A stretch of DNA of 50,499 nucleotides from Nitrospiraceae bacterium. GTDB lineage: Bacteria; Nitrospirota; Nitrospiria; Nitrospirales; Nitrospiraceae. The stretch spans positions 1 to 50,499 of the forward strand of contig JACMLT010000287.1 in the NCBI GenBank assembly GCA_014379455.1, given 5' to 3'. The notes below the pieces were generated by a model. The model saw only the letters and a program-made list of their open reading frames with translations, ran no database searches and had not been told where the DNA came from. The first letter of the stretch is position 1, and each line of letters starts with the position of its first letter. This document shows positions 9,139 to 18,190 of this stretch, in pieces. A program made the translations under genes and the position numbers.

Positions 9139-10019
9139 GCATGATGCGACGACCTCTGACGCTATTGGCTACGGGTACAGTGTTGGCGGCTTCCTTGGTA
9201 GCGCTTCAAATACCATTGACCCACTGGGTCGATTCCAAGCCAAAACTCCATCAGCTAACGTATTTACCAAGCGGGGACTATCTGCGGATGGCCTCGTTGG
9301 GGTATCGGGCGTTGGTTGCCGACCTGCTCTGGCTTCAAGCGATCCAGGTGATGGGTGAGCGGAAACTTTCAGCGGAAGAAGGCCATTGGCTCTACGACGC
9401 GGTGGACCGGATCACGACGCTCGATCCGAAGTTCGTGCGTGCGTACGAGGCTGGAAGCCATGCACTCTGTATACTTGTCGTGATGCCCGAGGAAAGTAAC
9501 CGTCTCTTGGAAAAAGGTATACAGCACAATCCCCAAGAGTGGAAATTGCCGTTCCTATTGGGGATCAATTATTACTTTGAGTTAGCAGACGATGAAAAAG
9601 CGGCAGAGGCTATGGCCAAGGCGGCTCGTCTCCCAGGAGCCCCGGAGGGCATCGCTCGCCTGGCTGCCAAACTGTTTGTGTCGGCCCGATCCCCACAACA
9701 GGCTGTAGAACTGTTAGCGAAGGTGTATGAGGAAACCTCGGATGAGAATGTGCGAAAGATGCTGGAGGTTCGTCTGAAAGAATCTCTCGTCGAACGGGAC
9801 ATCCAGATCCTGGAGCAAGCGATCAGTCGATATCAGGCGAAGTATATGCGCCGACCTGAGCGCCTGGAGAATTTAGTTGAACCAGGGTTGCTTCAAGAAT
9901 TGCCGAGAGAGCCGTTCGGAGGACACTATCTCTATGAGCCTGCGACGGGGGCTGTCCGCAGTAGCGAAGTGGCAGAGCGCATGCGAATTGCGGCTCGTAG
10001 ACGAGGCCAGTACCAGTGA
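9135..10019 (+). CDS. membrane-anchored helical-repeat protein of unknown function (occupies the pilG position)
   Basis: 294 aa. Its start overlaps the upstream stop (ATGA at 9135). The N-terminal anchor or signal is MRRPLTLLATGTVLAASLVAL and the remainder is helical and TPR-like. I could not recognise a family by eye. Confidence 0.7.
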   Translation: MSMMRRPLTLLATGTVLAASLVALQIPLTHWVDSKPKLHQLTYLPSGDYLRMASLGYRALVADLLWLQAIQVMGERKLSAEEGHWLYDAVDRITTLDPKFVRAYEAGSHALCILVVMPEESNRLLEKGIQHNPQEWKLPFLLGINYYFELADDEKAAEAMAKAARLPGAPEGIARLAAKLFVSARSPQQAVELLAKVYEETSDENVRKMLEVRLKESLVERDIQILEQAISRYQAKYMRRPERLENLVEPGLLQELPREPFGGHYLYEPATGAVRSSEVAERMRIAARRRGQYQ

Positions 10020-10158
10020 TTGTTGTAAGCGCCTGTACGACGTCCACGGAGAATCGTTGAGCGCGCGCGTCAGAAAGTGGGCGAAGACACAGGGCTGGTA
10101 AACAACGAGAGATGTGTATGGAGAGGCGTTTCCCTTGCTGCAGAGAAGTCTGGAAAAC

Positions 10159-10186
10159 TTGAACAATCTAAGGGGATTGCTATCAT
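10159..10186 (+). promoter_or_regulatory. weak candidate sigma70 promoter ahead of the ABC ATPase gene
   Basis: TTGAAC (10159..10164), 16 nt spacer, TATCAT (10181..10186), inside the 255-nt gap 10020..10274. Confidence 0.3.
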
Positions 10187-10274
10187 TGTCTCGATGAAGA
10201 TCAACTGACACGCCAAACTTGTTCGAGCCACACAGCGTTCCCTTCGGATAGTTATTGTAGTGAGGGCAGAGCCA

Positions 10275-11207
10275 ATGGACGCAATCGTTATTGATAGGCT
10301 GACCAAAACGTATAAGCCATTGTGGCCGTGGGAGAAGCCGACCACGGTGCTCTCCGATGTTTCGCTATCGGTGAGAGAAGGAGAGATTTTTGGGTTCTTG
10401 GGCCACAATGGCGCGGGCAAAACGACAACGATGAAGATCCTGCTCGGGCTACTTCGAGCGACGAACGGCCTGGTTGAGCTCCTCGGTTCTCCGGCTGAAG
10501 ATGTAGCTGTGCGTGCCAGGATTGGATATCTTCCAGAATCTCCCTATTTTTACGATTATCTGACAGCAGAGGAATTTCTCTGCTTCTATGGAAAACTTGC
10601 AGGGTTGGATCGAGAGACGATTCGGAAACGTATTCCCCAGTTGCTGGAACGTGTGAGTCTTACTGACGCAGGGCACAGGCAGCTGCGGAAATTCTCCAAG
10701 GGAATGCTGCAGCGGATAGGTCTTGCGCAGGCTCTCATTCATGACCCTGAACTCGTGATTCTTGATGAGCCCATGTCCGGACTTGACCCCATCGGCCGTA
10801 AAGAGGTTCGAGACCTCATTCTTGGGCTCCGGGATCAAGGCAAGACGGTGTTCTTCAGCACGCACATTATTTCGGATGTCGAAATGATATGCGACAGAGT
10901 CGGTATTTTGGCGAGAGGCAAAATGCTTGCGCTGGGTCGCATTGAAGATCTTGTTAACGCACATGTCGCACGGTCTGTTGAGGTTGTCTGTGACGGAGTG
11001 GTTGGCGATGAACTCCCTGATGTCAAACAACTGGCAGCACGGATTCTGCAGAGGGGAGATCGATGCCTGATTATTCTCTCTGGCCAGGACCACTTGGAGA
11101 AGGTACTCGCGGTGCTTCGGCAGGCGGGAGGCAGGCTTATTTCGGTGATTCCTCATAAGGGCTCACTCGAAGAGATCTTTCTTGAGCAGACCAGTCGAAA
11201 GGCGTGA
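10275..11207 (+). CDS. ABC transporter ATP-binding protein (PilH-like position)
   Basis: Walker A GHNGAGKTT, signature-like FSKGMLQRIGLAQAL, Walker B LVILDEPMSGLD and H-loop FFSTHI. ATG 10275 is preferred over the track GTG 10260. Confidence 0.9.
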   Translation: MDAIVIDRLTKTYKPLWPWEKPTTVLSDVSLSVREGEIFGFLGHNGAGKTTTMKILLGLLRATNGLVELLGSPAEDVAVRARIGYLPESPYFYDYLTAEEFLCFYGKLAGLDRETIRKRIPQLLERVSLTDAGHRQLRKFSKGMLQRIGLAQALIHDPELVILDEPMSGLDPIGRKEVRDLILGLRDQGKTVFFSTHIISDVEMICDRVGILARGKMLALGRIEDLVNAHVARSVEVVCDGVVGDELPDVKQLAARILQRGDRCLIILSGQDHLEKVLAVLRQAGGRLISVIPHKGSLEEIFLEQTSRKA

Positions 11208-11208
11208 G

Positions 11209-11973
11209 ATGCATCTCCTAATGGTTGTGGCTGGAAATACGTTTCGAGAGACGATTCGCGACAAGATCCTCTACAACCTTGTGCTGTTTGCCGTTCTCCT
11301 TATTGGGACATCGGTACTTTTGGGAACACTCACGATTGGCGAGCAGGCTCGCATCGTCAACGATCTGGGGCTGGCCGCCATCAATCTGGTTGCAGTCATC
11401 ATCGCGATCTTCGTCGGGATTGGCCTTGTCACGAAAGAGATCGAGCGTCGTACGATCTATACGATTCTCGCAAGGCCGATTACGCGGGTGCAGTTTGTAT
11501 TGGGAAAGTATATGGGCCTTGGACTCATCGTGATCGTGAACATCACGATCATGTTTGTCATGTTCCTAGGGACGATATTGTTGACCGGCAATGCGATCCA
11601 CGGTTCGTTATTTCAGGCGGTTGAACTGATTCTTGTGGAAACATTGCTTGTCATGGCCATGTCTCTTTTCTTCTCGACGTTCAGTTCTTCGACTCTCAGC
11701 GCGACAATGACGCTTGGCCTCTTCGTCATTGGGCATCTCACGAGCGACCTCAAGGGCATTGCGGAGAAGAGTCAAAGCCAGTTCACGGAAGCCGCACTGA
11801 CCGCGTTATATTATATTTGCCCAAACCTAGAGATGTTAAACATCAAGGGTCAAGCGGCGAGCGGTCTTCTTGTAACCGCTGGATATCAGGCGACCGCGAC
11901 TGTCTACGGGTTATTGTATGCTGGGCTCTTATTGACAGGCGCCTGTTTTATCTTCCAGCGTCGCGACTTCTAA
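11209..11973 (+). CDS. ABC-2 type transporter permease (PilI-like position)
   Basis: 254 aa with about six hydrophobic spans. ATG 11209 lies 1 nt after the ATPase TGA (11205..11207), which suggests translational coupling. Confidence 0.8.
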   Translation: MHLLMVVAGNTFRETIRDKILYNLVLFAVLLIGTSVLLGTLTIGEQARIVNDLGLAAINLVAVIIAIFVGIGLVTKEIERRTIYTILARPITRVQFVLGKYMGLGLIVIVNITIMFVMFLGTILLTGNAIHGSLFQAVELILVETLLVMAMSLFFSTFSSSTLSATMTLGLFVIGHLTSDLKGIAEKSQSQFTEAALTALYYICPNLEMLNIKGQAASGLLVTAGYQATATVYGLLYAGLLLTGACFIFQRRDF

Positions 11974-12003
11974 ACGGTCTTTCCGATACAGGAACAATGT
12001 TGG

Positions 12004-13164
12004 ATGAGAGCCCTCGCGGTACTCCCTCCGGACCGATGGATGGAGGTCAATCTCCTGGACACTCTTCGCCGACATTATTGCGATGAATTGCAAGTATTCA
12101 CCTATCCTGGTGGCATGGGGCAGCTGGGATCGAAGCAATGGAGAGTTAAACGGAACGAATTGAACCACCGCTTGGTGGAATTGGCGCGTGCGCTTAAAGC
12201 GGCCGGTAAACTCGATCTGATCTTTTGTGTTGTCTACGACGACTTCCTCTTGGTTGAGACGGCTAAGCAGCTGCGAGGCCTTGGGGTGCCGATGGTCAAC
12301 TATCATGTGGACATGGCATTCCAGTGGTATCGAGTCATTCGCACCGCTCCATACTTTGATGTCATGGCGGTTGCCCAGTTGACCAATGCCGAATACCTTC
12401 GGCCCTATAACCCCAATATAGAATGGATGCCGATGGCGGCAAACCCGAATTTCTACTTTCGCCATGCTGTGCCTGGGGCGAGGTGCGAGCATGCTGTCTC
12501 CTTTATCGGAAGCTTCAATCCCTTTCGCCGGGCGTTACTTGCCGAATGTGTGAGCAAGGGGATTAAGCCGGTTGTATTCGGACGTGGATGGAAATCGGAG
12601 AGTCCGAGCCCCTACCGGTTCACCTGGGACCCCTATAAGATTTTTCATGATCTCCGATACTACGCGTCTGCGCGATGGAAGGCTGAGAGAAGTGAGAGTG
12701 TGCTTGGCCCACTGCGACGAAAGTATGCCAGACGATTCTCCTTTCAAGAACTGAAGGGGGCTGACTTTCGAGGCCCGTGTGACGATGCATCCCTTCCATC
12801 AATCCTCAACCAAAGTCAGGTAAATCTGGGTTTTTCTGATACGGGGTGGCATAGTGAAACAGGCGTACAGCAATCGAAGAATCTACAGTGTCGACTTCGT
12901 GACTTTGAGGTGCCGATGGCAGGGGGATTCTATCTTGTGCAAGAGGCACCTGATCACTCCCAGTACTATAAGCTAGGGGAAGAAATTGTTGTGTGGTCAG
13001 AACCCGGTGATTTTACGGAAAAGGTCCTGTTCTATTCGCGTCATGAACGAGCGGCTACACGAATTCGTGAGGCGGGACAAAAACGGGTCCTTGGTGAGCA
13101 TACGTGGCAGCATAGGTTTGACCGTCTATTTGCCAGACTCCGGTCACTCGGAAGGATGTCATGA
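12004..13164 (+). CDS. CgeB-like glycosyltransferase (Glyco_trans_1_2-type C-terminal domain), paralogue 1 of 3
   Basis: The C-terminal block RLRDFEVPMAGGFYLVQEAPDHSQYYKLGEEIVVWSEPGDFTEKVLFYSRHERAATRIREAGQKRVLGEHTWQHRF is shared with the ORFs at 22286 and 25712. Confidence 0.65.
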   Translation: MRALAVLPPDRWMEVNLLDTLRRHYCDELQVFTYPGGMGQLGSKQWRVKRNELNHRLVELARALKAAGKLDLIFCVVYDDFLLVETAKQLRGLGVPMVNYHVDMAFQWYRVIRTAPYFDVMAVAQLTNAEYLRPYNPNIEWMPMAANPNFYFRHAVPGARCEHAVSFIGSFNPFRRALLAECVSKGIKPVVFGRGWKSESPSPYRFTWDPYKIFHDLRYYASARWKAERSESVLGPLRRKYARRFSFQELKGADFRGPCDDASLPSILNQSQVNLGFSDTGWHSETGVQQSKNLQCRLRDFEVPMAGGFYLVQEAPDHSQYYKLGEEIVVWSEPGDFTEKVLFYSRHERAATRIREAGQKRVLGEHTWQHRFDRLFARLRSLGRMS

Positions 13165-13222
13165 ACACCTGGATCGTGGATGCATTGTGCTGATTGACCA
13201 TATAACATTACGACCAAACTCC

Positions 13223-14062
13223 ATGAATACGCCACTTGCCGTTGGTATGACGAGGAAGATTAGACCGTCAAAAGGCTGGCCGTCGTTGAATTTGAAGGAT
13301 ATCTGGGAGTATCGGGAACTGCTGTACATTTTGGTCTGGAGGGACGTCAAGGTTCGCTATAAGCAGACAGTGCTCGGAGTGGTCTGGGCGGTCATGCAGC
13401 CGGTCTTTACCATGATTGTGTTCAGTATCTTCTTCGGATGGTTAATCAAGGTTCCTTCCGACGGGTTACCCTATCCTTTCTTCGCATTCTGTGCGTTACT
13501 GCCGTGGCAATTGTTTGCATCATCATTGATTGCAGCCAGCAACAGCCTGGTGTCAAATCAACATTTGATTACCAAAATCTCTTTTCCACGACTGGTCATT
13601 CCTTTTTCCGCTGCGGCAGGCAGTTTGTTGGATTTCTTGATCGCCTTTCTTGTACTTCTGGCAATGATGATCTTCTATGAGATCGTCCCCACAATCGAGA
13701 TGCTGACGCTACCGTTGTTTATCCTCTTGACCATGGCTGCGGCGATGGGGGTCGGAACGTGGTTTGCGGCCCTGAACGTGAAATATCGAGATGTCCGGCA
13801 TGCCATTCCCTTTATTACCCAAGTGTGGATGTTTGCAACTCCGGTGGTGTATCCCAGTAGCCTTGTGCCGGAATCGTGGCGCATGCTGTACGCTCTCAAC
13901 CCGATGGTCGGCGTGGTTGAAGGCTTTCGCTGGGCGTTATTGGGCACCGGCAATGCTCCAGGGCCACTTGTGCTGATGTCAGCCGCAGTGACGTTGGTGT
14001 TGTTATTTTCCGGTGCTTATTTTTTCCGCCGCGCAGAGCGGACGTTTGCGGACATGGTGTGA
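13223..14062 (+). CDS. wzm: polysaccharide/O-antigen ABC exporter permease (ABC-2 type)
   Basis: WEYRELLYILVWRDVKVRYKQTVLGVVWAVMQP lies near the N-terminus, followed by about six TM spans. The start is moved to ATG 13223 because the first 79 codons of the track ORF (12986..) mostly overlap the preceding gene. Confidence 0.85.
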   Translation: MNTPLAVGMTRKIRPSKGWPSLNLKDIWEYRELLYILVWRDVKVRYKQTVLGVVWAVMQPVFTMIVFSIFFGWLIKVPSDGLPYPFFAFCALLPWQLFASSLIAASNSLVSNQHLITKISFPRLVIPFSAAAGSLLDFLIAFLVLLAMMIFYEIVPTIEMLTLPLFILLTMAAAMGVGTWFAALNVKYRDVRHAIPFITQVWMFATPVVYPSSLVPESWRMLYALNPMVGVVEGFRWALLGTGNAPGPLVLMSAAVTLVLLFSGAYFFRRAERTFADMV

Positions 14063-14065
14063 ACG

Positions 14066-15385
14066 ATGGCTGATACTGCGATTCGAGTTGAGGGACTGGG
14101 CAAACAATACCAAATTGGAGCATCCCAGGCTCGTTACAGCGGATTCCGCGAACAGCTGACTAATGGCTGTGTCCGATTTGTCAAGAAATGTCAAGGGAGA
14201 CATCGCGCGGGAAGCACTGATAGCCAAACCGAAATGATTTGGGCTCTCAAGGATGTCTCGTTTCGTGTCGAGCGAGGTGAAGTCCTTGGAGTGATTGGTC
14301 GAAATGGATCCGGGAAAAGTACCTTGCTGAAAATTCTCTCTGGAATCACTGAGCCGACAACGGGAGAAGCGGATATCAATGGGCGTGTTGGGTCTCTTCT
14401 AGAAGTGGGAACTGGATTTCATCCGGAATTGACGGGGCGTGAAAATGTATATCTCAATGGCGCGATCTTGGGAATTAACAAAGCAGAGATCAGGCGAAGA
14501 TTTGATGAAATCGTGGCGTTTTCAGAAGTAGGGAAGTTCATTGATACCCCGGTGAAGTATTACTCAAGCGGGATGTATATACGTTTGGCATTTGCTGTAG
14601 CTGCCCATCTGGAGCCTGAGATTCTTCTGCTTGATGAAGTGTTGGCGGTAGGGGACGCAGCATTCCAGCAGAAATGCCTTGGGAGAATGGGAGCTGTCGC
14701 CAACGAAGGGCGGACGGTCGTGTTTGTCAGTCATAACTTGGCCGCAGTGCGCAACCTCTGTAATCGAACACTCTTACTCGAGTCTGGGAGCCTCGAGAAG
14801 GTGGGATCCACAGAGGAAGTAATTGGCCATTATTTGCGGAAGAATGCGTCCGAGCTGACTGCAGTAGTGGCTTTGCCTCCTGGTTTACCTGAGGCCCCCG
14901 GAGTAGGGCATGTCTTGCGCTTCTTGAATCAGCATGGAGTCTCTCAATCGCAGTTTCGGTTGGGAGAACCATGGCACATTGTGATGGAGTTTGAATTGTC
15001 TTGCCCCGTCCCTCACGTAATAGCAGCAGTCGGCTTGATGTCGCTCGACTCGGTGCCGCTTATCACATACTGGTCCAAGCAGAAAGATTTGAGACCTGGC
15101 CGATATTGCGTGGAGTTCGTCTGCCGCCTGCCATTAGCCGCCTGCGACATTCAATTCATCGTAGGGCTGTCAAGCTATGAGCGTCCTTTTTATTACGCGC
15201 AGGGAGTGGGACATGTCGCAATCAGCCCAGTAGCAGTCAAGGAACAGCCTTTGCGCTCATCAGGTGCCGGCTTGTTGTTTAGCAGTCAACAATCTGAAAT
15301 TCTATTGATGGGGTTCGAGGATGACCGTACTACTAACGGAATAGCTGATATTCCACGGCTTGTCACACGGGAAAATAGTCTATGA
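14066..15385 (+). CDS. wzt: polysaccharide/O-antigen ABC exporter ATP-binding protein with a C-terminal extension
   Basis: Walker A GRNGSGKSTLLK, signature YSSGMYIRLAFAVA and Walker B ILLLDEVLAVGD. About 190 further residues follow the nucleotide-binding domain (from about ...LRKNASELTAVVALPPG to the end). Confidence 0.88.
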   Translation: MADTAIRVEGLGKQYQIGASQARYSGFREQLTNGCVRFVKKCQGRHRAGSTDSQTEMIWALKDVSFRVERGEVLGVIGRNGSGKSTLLKILSGITEPTTGEADINGRVGSLLEVGTGFHPELTGRENVYLNGAILGINKAEIRRRFDEIVAFSEVGKFIDTPVKYYSSGMYIRLAFAVAAHLEPEILLLDEVLAVGDAAFQQKCLGRMGAVANEGRTVVFVSHNLAAVRNLCNRTLLLESGSLEKVGSTEEVIGHYLRKNASELTAVVALPPGLPEAPGVGHVLRFLNQHGVSQSQFRLGEPWHIVMEFELSCPVPHVIAAVGLMSLDSVPLITYWSKQKDLRPGRYCVEFVCRLPLAACDIQFIVGLSSYERPFYYAQGVGHVAISPVAVKEQPLRSSGAGLLFSSQQSEILLMGFEDDRTTNGIADIPRLVTRENSL

Positions 15386-15392
15386 GTAAACA

Positions 15393-16157
15393 ATGATTCG
15401 CAATTTGGTATATCGGCTCAGACGTGCACTACGTCTTGGCGACGTGGAATGTTCTTCGGTAGATTTGGAGCATGATCATTCTAGGCAGAAGCTCTGCGAG
15501 CAGACGTCAGCTTTTTATTCCCAGCTCGTGAAGCCGGGGGATCTCTGCTTTGATGTTGGAGCCAATATCGGAAACAAAACTAAGATTTTTTTGGACTTGG
15601 GAGCCCGGGTGGTTTGTATTGAACCCCAGCCCAGCTGTGTCGATGTCTTGAAAGAAACGTATCAGAATGATTCAAACGTTGTAATTGTTTCCAAGGGGCT
15701 GGCGACTCAATCGGGCAGCAGGTCATTATCAGTTTGCGGATCTGCGAACGCGATCTCAACCTTCTCTGAAAAATGGAAAACAGGCAGATTCCGTTCCTAT
15801 ACCTGGGATCCTGCCGTGGAGGTTCCCGTAACAACCATAGATGCGTTGATCCAAGAATTCGGCTCACCGAAGTTTTGCAAGATTGACGTGGAGGGATTTG
15901 AATATGAAGTATTGCAAGGACTTTCCCATCCGATTCCTTTCATCGCGTTTGAATTTACAAGGGAATTTATCAATGATGCCATGCTTTGCATAGAGTATCT
16001 GGGCTCATTGGGGAGTGCTGATTTTAATTATGCGCTGGGAGAGACACCCGCACTCATTTTATCAGGCTGGACGGATAGGAATACGCTGTTTGAAAGTATA
16101 GAGCGGAATAGGGACGATTTACTGTGGGGAGATATTTACGTCAGATTTCATTTCTAA
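15393..16157 (+). CDS. FkbM-family SAM-dependent methyltransferase
   Basis: CFDVGANIGNKT ... VVCIEPQP ... KIDVEGFEYEVLQG. Confidence 0.8.
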   Translation: MIRNLVYRLRRALRLGDVECSSVDLEHDHSRQKLCEQTSAFYSQLVKPGDLCFDVGANIGNKTKIFLDLGARVVCIEPQPSCVDVLKETYQNDSNVVIVSKGLATQSGSRSLSVCGSANAISTFSEKWKTGRFRSYTWDPAVEVPVTTIDALIQEFGSPKFCKIDVEGFEYEVLQGLSHPIPFIAFEFTREFINDAMLCIEYLGSLGSADFNYALGETPALILSGWTDRNTLFESIERNRDDLLWGDIYVRFHF

Positions 16158-16308
16158 CGTTTTGCTGATGAGCCTTCTCACGCCTAAGGTAACGTGTTGT
16201 TTCGATCGCTCTCCCAGAGAGCGGTAGCCCTGCGTGAATCTTCTCCTGATGCGCCCGTACTATATGCTTCACCACACTGAGAAAACTGAAAATGGTGGCA
16301 ACCATAGA

Positions 16309-17217
16309 ATGGTGCACTGCAAGGCGTGTCAATGTGTGTTGGCAAACCCAGAGGTCGATAACTACTGTATTTGTTCATCTTGCAACAGCGCAAACTATAT
16401 TTCAGACAGAAGTGCTGAGGTCGAAAATAGCATTTACTTCAATTCCGTTTATTCGAACCGCAGTCGCCAGATCATAGGGACAAGGCGTAAAAGTTTTGTT
16501 GAATTTGAACGTATCTACTCGAGGTTCCATCGGAAAGAAATCAGGCACTTTCAGTTTGCACTCGACCGCATATCTAAAACCATTTGTGGCGCTGAAGCCT
16601 CGGTGGAGATTGGCTTTGGGTACGGACATGAACTTATCCAATTCCTCAAGAACGGGGCCAATATCTACGGCATAGATCTGAGTGAGGAGGCTGTCTCAGC
16701 TTTTAAGGCACAGTATCCGGAATACAGCGAGAAAGTTTGTTGTTCGACAAACTGGGACTCCGTGGTCGACGTACTGTATTCCAATGCACTCTTCGAGCAT
16801 CTGGATCATCCGAGCGATTTCTTGCGTAAGGCGTTTGCCATGTTAAGGCCAGGCGGAACACTGATGATGCGCCTGCCTTTGATTACCCTGGATAAGTATT
16901 CGAGGCGCCATATCAGCTTCGATATCAACTTCTGGAAACCCTGCCACCGTGTGCTTTACACACTGAAGGGACTCAAGACCCTTTTGGAAGCTCATGGATT
17001 CAAAATTGTCGAGTCGGCCGCGTATGCGTATTATGGGTACAAAGTTATGAGTTCGATGCTGAAACACGGCTATCAGGATGTGACCTATGTAAGAGACCCA
17101 TGTTTGCCGATAGCGAACTTGGATTCAGAGTGGGCCTATACAAAGCTTCTCGTCAAAGGTCTTGTCACGAAAACTATTTGCTCTGATTTCACGATCATTG
17201 CTGCCAAAGCAGGGTGA
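16309..17217 (+). CDS. class I SAM-dependent methyltransferase with an N-terminal zinc ribbon
   Basis: MVHCKACQ...CSSCNS (CxxC...CxxC) is followed by VEIGFGYGHEL, LFEHLDHP and LRPGGTLMM. The start is uncertain: ATG 16309 is preferred, and in-frame GTG 16234 or ATG 16264 are possible. Confidence 0.75.
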   Translation: MVHCKACQCVLANPEVDNYCICSSCNSANYISDRSAEVENSIYFNSVYSNRSRQIIGTRRKSFVEFERIYSRFHRKEIRHFQFALDRISKTICGAEASVEIGFGYGHELIQFLKNGANIYGIDLSEEAVSAFKAQYPEYSEKVCCSTNWDSVVDVLYSNALFEHLDHPSDFLRKAFAMLRPGGTLMMRLPLITLDKYSRRHISFDINFWKPCHRVLYTLKGLKTLLEAHGFKIVESAAYAYYGYKVMSSMLKHGYQDVTYVRDPCLPIANLDSEWAYTKLLVKGLVTKTICSDFTIIAAKAG

Positions 17218-17254
17218 GCTACTTGGTAACCGTGATGCTCCTGATTCGTCTTGG

Positions 17255-18118
17255 ATGATTTGGGATTGCCAGTGCAAGTCTGAGAAGGGAGAGCACGTAG
17301 TATGCGATGCGCCGACCATGAAATTGATTGAACAATATACAAGTTGGACTCCTGGATTAGTCGATGAGATCATCGATCTCTATAGGGTGATTACGACGCG
17401 TGGAGCCGCAGAACGTTCCGCTCATTTGGAACATATTGTGAACTTTAGTGCCTATGCGCGTGAGGGATGGATCACTGAAAAGGCAGCAGCACTTCGTTGC
17501 GGCTCGAAAGTGCTAGACGTCGGTGCGGGAGAATGCCCCTATCGCGATAGGTTTTCTCATTGTGAATATAAAACTCAGGACTTTGCTCAATATGGTGGGT
17601 CGACAACAAGTTCAGAGGTCGAGCGTTGGAATTATGGGCAGATCGATTATGTTTGTGACAGCAATAAGATCCCAGTGTCTGATGGGTCCTTTGATGTGGT
17701 CTTGTGCACTGAAGTGCTTGAGCATGTACCTAAGCCAATCGACACGTTGAAGGAACTTTCACGCATATTGGTGCGAGGCGGAAGGTTGTTTTTGACCGCG
17801 CCCTTGGGGAGCGGATTGCATCAGCAGCCGTTCCATTTTTATGGGGGGTACACTCCCCACTTTTATGAAACGTTTTTAGTCAATTGTGGGCTAGAAATCA
17901 TTGAGATGCGGCCAATTGGTGGACTGTTAAAACATGTGGGGCAGGAGGCCTATAGGGCCGGGAGGATGATTGCTGCAAAAGCGCCGCACAAATTGTCTCT
18001 TCTCACTCGACTCATTCTCCTGTATTGGCTTCCGAGGCGCCTTGCGCGACTGGAGGAGGAGGTATCTGTCGAAGAGTTCACTGTCGGATACCTAGTCGAA
18101 GCAAGAAAAGTTAGATGA
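17255..18118 (+). CDS. class I SAM-dependent methyltransferase
   Basis: VLDVGAGECPY, FDVVLCTEVLEHV and LVRGGRLFLT. ATG 17255 avoids the 56-nt overlap implied by the track start 17162; ATG 17318 is also possible. Confidence 0.75.
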   Translation: MIWDCQCKSEKGEHVVCDAPTMKLIEQYTSWTPGLVDEIIDLYRVITTRGAAERSAHLEHIVNFSAYAREGWITEKAAALRCGSKVLDVGAGECPYRDRFSHCEYKTQDFAQYGGSTTSSEVERWNYGQIDYVCDSNKIPVSDGSFDVVLCTEVLEHVPKPIDTLKELSRILVRGGRLFLTAPLGSGLHQQPFHFYGGYTPHFYETFLVNCGLEIIEMRPIGGLLKHVGQEAYRAGRMIAAKAPHKLSLLTRLILLYWLPRRLARLEEEVSVEEFTVGYLVEARKVR

Positions 18119-18190
18119 CTTGTCGGGACAATAAGTTGCACCGGACAAGTCCGATTGGCTTGTTTTTGAGCCGGATGCGAGGCGCTGCAA

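Noticed and set aside
12986-13222. N-terminal 79-codon extension of the Wzm ORF as listed in the track.
   Set aside because: It mostly overlaps the 3' end of the CgeB-like gene (which ends at 13164), and its sequence is not membrane-protein-like. The conserved Wzm N-terminal block begins just after ATG 13223.
18118-18150. Hairpin (7 bp plus 2 bp, 13-nt loop) straddling the stop codon of the methyltransferase at 17255..18118.
   Set aside because: There is no adjacent U-tract (the T-run starts about 10 nt later), and the next gene follows on the same strand within 72 nt. This is not enough to call a terminator.
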